Below are positions 58,807 through 64,000 of a stretch of 64,000 bases of DNA, in pieces. A model generated the notes under the pieces. The model saw nothing but the letters and a program-made list of their open reading frames with translations, was not told where the DNA came from and made no database searches. Source of the DNA: Macrostomum lignano (lineage: Eukaryota); contig NIVC01000512.1 of assembly GCA_002269645.1 (NCBI GenBank), positions 296,753 to 360,752 of the forward strand. Direction: 5' to 3'. Numbering within the stretch: the stretch's first letter is position 1; each line of letters begins with the position of its first letter. The translations under genes were made by a program, and so were the position numbers.

Positions 58807-61800
58807 TCAAATCGTGTCGGCCGGCTTCTCCGGCAGCAGCAGTTGCTGCTTTTTCCCAATCAGAATGTCGCCAGACTGAATGGACGGCGGCGGCTGCTGT
58901 GGAAATTTTCAAGTTTGGGATAATGCTTGTTAAATTATGATGTTTTTATGTTTAACTGACTTGTCTCTCTAGCTGATCACAAAATTGCACAGCTGGGACA
59001 CAAAAAAACAGAACTCAAATCCAAACGACAGATCAGATCCAAAATGGCACAGACCAGACCTAAAATGGCACAGATTATATCCAAAATGGCACAGATCAGA
59101 CCCAAAATGGCACATATCAGACACAAAATGGCACAGATCAGACCCAAAATGGCACAGATCAGATCCAAAAAAGCACAGATCAGATCCAAAATGGCACAGA
59201 TCAGACCCAAAATGGCACAGATCAGACCCAAAATGGCACAGATCAGATCCAAAAAAGCACAGATCAGACCCAAAATGGCACAGATCAGATCCAAAATGGC
59301 ACAGATCAGATCCAAAATGGTAAAGATCAGATCCAAAATGGCACAGATCAGACCCAAAATGGCACAGATCAGACCCAAAATGGTACAGATCAGACCCAAA
59401 ATGGCAAAGATCAGACCCAAAATGGCAAAGATCAGACCCAAAATGGCAAAGATCAGACCCAAAATGGCACAGATCAGATCCAAAATGGCAAAGATTAGAC
59501 CCAAAATGGCAAAGATCAGATCCAAAATGGCACAGATCAGATCCAAAATGGCAAAGATTAGACCCAAAATGGCACAGATCAGATCCAAAATGGCAAAGAT
59601 TAGACCCAAAATGGCACAGATCAGATCCAAAATGGCAAAGATTAGACCCAAAATGGCACAGATCAGATCCAAAATGGCAAAGATTAGACCCAAAATGGCA
59701 CCGATCAGATCCAAAATGGCACAGATTATATCCAAAATGGCACAGATCAGATCAAAAATGGCACAGATCAGACCCAAAATGGTACAGATCAGATCCAAAA
59801 TGGCACATATCAGACCCAAAATGGTACAGATCAGATCCAAAATGGTACAGATCAGATCCAAAATGGTACAGATCAGGTCCAAAATGGCACAGATCAGATC
59901 CAAAATGGCACAGATCAGATCCAAAATGGTACAGATCAGATCCAAAATGGTACAGATCAGGTCCAAAATGGCACAGATCAGATCCAAAATGGCACAGATC
60001 AGATCCAAAATGGTACAGATCAGATCCAAAATGGTACAGATCAGATCCAAAATGGTACAGATCAGGTCCAAAATGGCACATATCAGACCCAAAATGGCAC
60101 AGATCAGACCCAAAATGGTACAGATCAGATCCAAAATGGTACAGATCAGATCCAAAATGGTACAGATCAGGTCCAAAATGGCACAGATCAGATCCAAAAT
60201 GGCACAGATCAGATCCAAAATGGCACAACTCATCCAGAATGGGACAGCCCATTACGAAGAACCTTCAGGATCTTCAAGCCCAACACGCCATGCCGCCTCA
60301 CCCGCTTAACGATGGCGCTGCGCAGCACACGAATCTGGCGCTGATTGGTTGAGCGGGCCAGGCTGCAGCAGAGGCACAGCAGGCCAATCAGCGAAGCGAT
60401 CAGGATGCCGCAGGCGGCCCAACGCAGCGCCACGCGGGTCCTATGGGACAGGTGCCTGTAGCGAAGAATCGAAGAGTGCGGATGATCGAACCAGTAGCTG
60501 GCGAACGGAGACCTGCGATGCGAGTCCGCCTGCACGGCGACCTGGCGAGGACCGCCGCCCGTCAGCCGGACGAGTCGAAGTGGAATGGCGCGCTCGGCCA
60601 GCTCAACCAGGTAGCGAGGCCGCCCGTCTGGCCCGGCCGGCATTGGGCGGATGTGGATTCTTACCGCGTGTAACCAGACGCTGCCCACTGCGGCCTGCGG
60701 GCCACGGGTTGTAGTACAGGATGGGGCACAGATTGCAGTACAGGATGGGGCACAGATTGCAGTACAGGATGGGGCACAGATTGCAGTACAGGATGGGGCA
60801 CAGATTGCAGTACAGGATGGGGCACAGATTGCAGTACAGGGTGGGGCACAGATTGCAGTACAGGATGGGGCACAGATTGCAGTACAGGATAGGGCACAGA
60901 TTGCAGTACAGGATGAGGCACAGATTGCAGTACAGGATGGGGCACAGATTGCAGTACAGGGTGGGGCACAGATTGCAGTACAGGATGGGGCACAGATTGC
61001 AGTACAGGGTGGGGCACAGATTGCAGTACAGGATGGGGCACAGATTGCAGTACAGGATGGGGCACAGATTTCAGTACAGGATGGGGCACAGATTGCAGTA
61101 CAGGATGGGGCACAGATTGCAGTACAGGATGGGGCACAGATTGCAGTACAGGATGGGGCACAGATTGCAGTACAGGATGGGGCACAGATTGCAGTACAGG
61201 AGGGCACAGATTGCAGTACAGGATAAGGCACAGATTGCAGTACAGGGTGGGGCACAGATTGCAGTACAGGATGGGGCACAGATTGCAGTACAGGATGGGC
61301 ACAGATTGCAGTACAGGAGGGCACAGATTGCAGTACAGGATAAGGCACAGATTGCAGTACAGGGTGGGGCACAGATTGCAGTACAGGATGGGGCACAGAT
61401 TGCAGCACAGTCCTACCTGCTGCTGCATTGGCCACGCCCGATCGAAGAGCCGCCAGTGCCGAGGCGAAGGCGAGTGCACAATGGGCGGCCTGGCAAGCCC
61501 TATCAGCACAGCCAACTTGGCCGAGTGGCCATCCAGGTGGTGCTGGCGGAAGACATGGTCCTGCTGTGCACAACCAGCAGCGCAGGCCTCAGTTTTGGCA
61601 TCAGAGCTGCCCCCGCTGGTGCAGGACTTGGCACAGAGGCTGGCAGTCTCGGTCCGGGCCACAATGGGATCATGTGCTAAGAAGATCATGCCATATAGTC
61701 TGCAGCCTCGCATGCAGGACTGAGTGAAGTGTAAGAGAAACAAAGAGAATTCATGTATTTTTGAGGCAAAATAAACATTGAATTTTTAATAGTATTTCTC

Positions 61801-62969
61801 TAAAGCTTTTAGCAAACAGCTTTTAATTAGGACTAAATATGGCTATTAACTAAAAAAAGTTGAATTGGTATAAATTTATTCAATTTTTTAAGTTATAATA
61901 CAAATGTAAATTTAAAATTCTAGTTTTTTGGAAAGAATACTTATGGCTTTTTATGAATGTTCCAATATAATTATAGCTGTAACATATGACAACAACAATA
62001 AAATGAGTACTATAATAGCTATAGATTTAGCAGATATTATTTGAAAGATAATAACAGAAATCAATAACAAGGAAAGGTAAAAGTAATTTTTAAATGATAA
62101 TAATAAGTGCAAAATTAATAAATTTGCTATATTTCATATTTTTTATAAATAGTAAAGATAAAAATAAAAATGCTTAAACATGTTATAAATAGTAAGCCTA
62201 TATTAAATTAAATATTATAGTCATAAATAAATTTTGCATGACAATACCATATTTATTTTATTTATTTTATATTCTAACTTTTCATCTAAAACATCCAATT
62301 TTGATAAAAGTCTGTTAACCAAAATATCTAATTGCCTGCCCTTTTGGTTTTATATAGTTTTTATAAGTTAGAACATAGCAATAGCCCATAGTCATTGTTC
62401 AAGTAATACAAAGATTGTCCCTATATTCTATAAAATTTATTCTAGTACACAAAAGTGCCACCTTCCTGACTATGGCCTTACTAGGAACTATCTATGGTAA
62501 GCAAAAACTATATGAGCTACATATATAAACAACCACTCCATATATTTGAGGAGGCTATGACTGATTTACTAAGTCATTGTGATTGACAAATATGTTGATT
62601 TAGAAAGAAGTCATTGTTTTGCCATTGACTATGCCATGCCATAAGCCTTAGGCTTAGGAGTCTAGGACCCCATTAAATTATAGAAGAACACAAATTTTAT
62701 TTAACTAAATACTTCCATGACTGCTAAATTAGTTTCTATTTTAATATTCATGAGTAAAAACAAAGTCATGGATGATCGCAATTACTTTTATTCAACGACT
62801 ATACAAAAGACGAAATTTAAATGATTCCTAAACTTACCGAGCGCAATTCAGAAGTATGGAACTTCGAAATACAAGACTTGCAACACATTTCATGTTCGTT
62901 TTCAACTGCAGCAGAAATCTGGTAATCACCATAGAGCAGTACAATTGTCACACAACTGTACAATTGCAT
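58807..62969 (-). CDS. TMEM59: TMEM59/TMEM59L (BSMAP)-like single-pass membrane protein, ~305 aa; exons 62969-62838, 61719-61417, 60694-60302, 58896-58807
   Basis: The Cys pattern C..SC...SCMRGCRLY...C..SC...AC..GC matches TMEM59 (ACQRGCRLF...CESAC...ACHLGC). TM helix ACGILIASLIGLLCLCCSL. The tail SIQSGD...LPEKPADTI resembles the TMEM59 tail. All four exons are phase 0 with GT-AG boundaries. Confidence 0.8.
59025..60230. repeat. 21-bp satellite (aaaatggcacagatcagatcc), ~57 copies, TMEM59 intron 3
   Basis: Direct inspection. Confidence 0.96.
60709..61409. repeat. 24-bp satellite (gattgcagtacaggatggggcaca), ~29 copies, filling TMEM59 intron 2
   Basis: The array occupies ~700 nt of the 722-nt intron (60695-61416). 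Confidence 0.96.
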
Positions 62970-64000
62970 CGTGCGTATTTTTCGTTTAATAAACGAAAAA
63001 TAAATAAAAAGGAATTACTATTCTTTAAATAATAATTCTTTACAGCTTTATTACAAACAACAAAAGCAACAATTCCTTCCAACAGGCTGTTTACTTACTT
63101 TATTAGCTTTTAAATACAATCCATAAAATGCACTTACAAAGAGGGTGATTCTCATCGAGAGGTTTCGGAGGTTTTGAGGTTTTTCAGAGGTTTCATTTCG
63201 AACAAATATTTTTGCACAAAAATTTTAATACTGTACAAAAATTGAAATCTTACTGAAATTTACTAATGAATACAAATTTTCTTTAGAATATAGCTCGAAG
63301 GTTTCGGATTATTTTTAATTTTTCTTCTGATAGGCACGCGCGAAAATTATTTAACTGTTTTTGTGCGAAGTGGTAGACTTCCATGACACATTTCATTTCA
63401 TAAGCGCAAAGTTGCGAATCGTCACAAGTGTGTGTTGTTCCCTTTCAATGCATATTCGTACTATCCTAATTTCTACTAGACCTGTCCATGTAATTAAATA
63501 CAGACACTATTTACCAATGCGAATTTCATATTGTTTTTTACTTGGTCTTAAGAAAGCTATCAATTTTTAAGCCAGACTTAAATTATGACTAACACTAACA
63601 AGACCAAGTCAGTATTTTTTCATCAAATCAGTATCAGTCGCTATTTAATATAGATTGTTAGTCTAACTAACTAAAGGCGCCTAAGTATTTTACTAGGCAT
63701 ATTTAATGTAAAATATATTATTTTTATTTCACTTATTTGATATTCTTTTTTATTTTACATCCAATTTACTAAAATTATTTTATTTTATATTATTTTACTA
63801 TTTTTACATCATCATCCTAAATCCTAACACACTATGCACAGGAAAAAATATTTATTACCTAAGACTAAGTCTCTAATCCTAGTGAATAATTCTCTTCACC
63901 AGGCTTTAAAAATGGCAATTTTTTATTTGATTGCTCTACCTCTACGTATAAATTTGAAAGCTCTAATGAACTGAAATTTTTACTTTTTAATTTTAATTAT

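Noticed and set aside
58977-61743. 400-aa heptad-repeat ORFs (MAQIRSK, CAILDLI) and 8-aa repeat ORFs
   Set aside because: 21- and 24-bp intronic satellites of TMEM59. The flanking unique parts are explained by spliced exons.

Overview
Eukaryotic, intron-rich animal DNA with GC-rich exons and introns packed with minisatellites. The style suggests a free-living flatworm such as Macrostomum; this is inference, not verified. The most striking feature is that bases 1 to ~7.84 kb are mirror-written, meaning reversed without complementation. Read right-to-left without complementing, this segment gives an intact 276-aa ZNF395/ZNF704-like C-clamp ORF and a decayed mariner. Read as the plain complement, it gives a gene-like terminal exon. 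None of these appear in a six-frame translation, and the segment is most probably an assembly or processing artefact. The remainder is normally oriented. It holds two acid ceramidase (ASAH1) paralogs with a gene-conversion-like mosaic, U2A' (SNRPA1), cofilin/ADF, an 11-exon mini-multiplexin (collagen XV/XVIII-like), an RZ-family RGS gene, a TMEM59-like gene and a possible unidentified membrane-protein exon. Mobile elements include a near-intact mariner, a KP-like THAP-only P element with an 8-bp TSD, a Crypton-like recombinase fragment adjoining a 49-copy 47-bp satellite, foldback elements, LINE 3' fragments and tRNA-derived SINEs. More than 20 distinct tandem arrays are present. All gene models were built by eye from GT-AG boundaries and frame continuity; no database searches were run.
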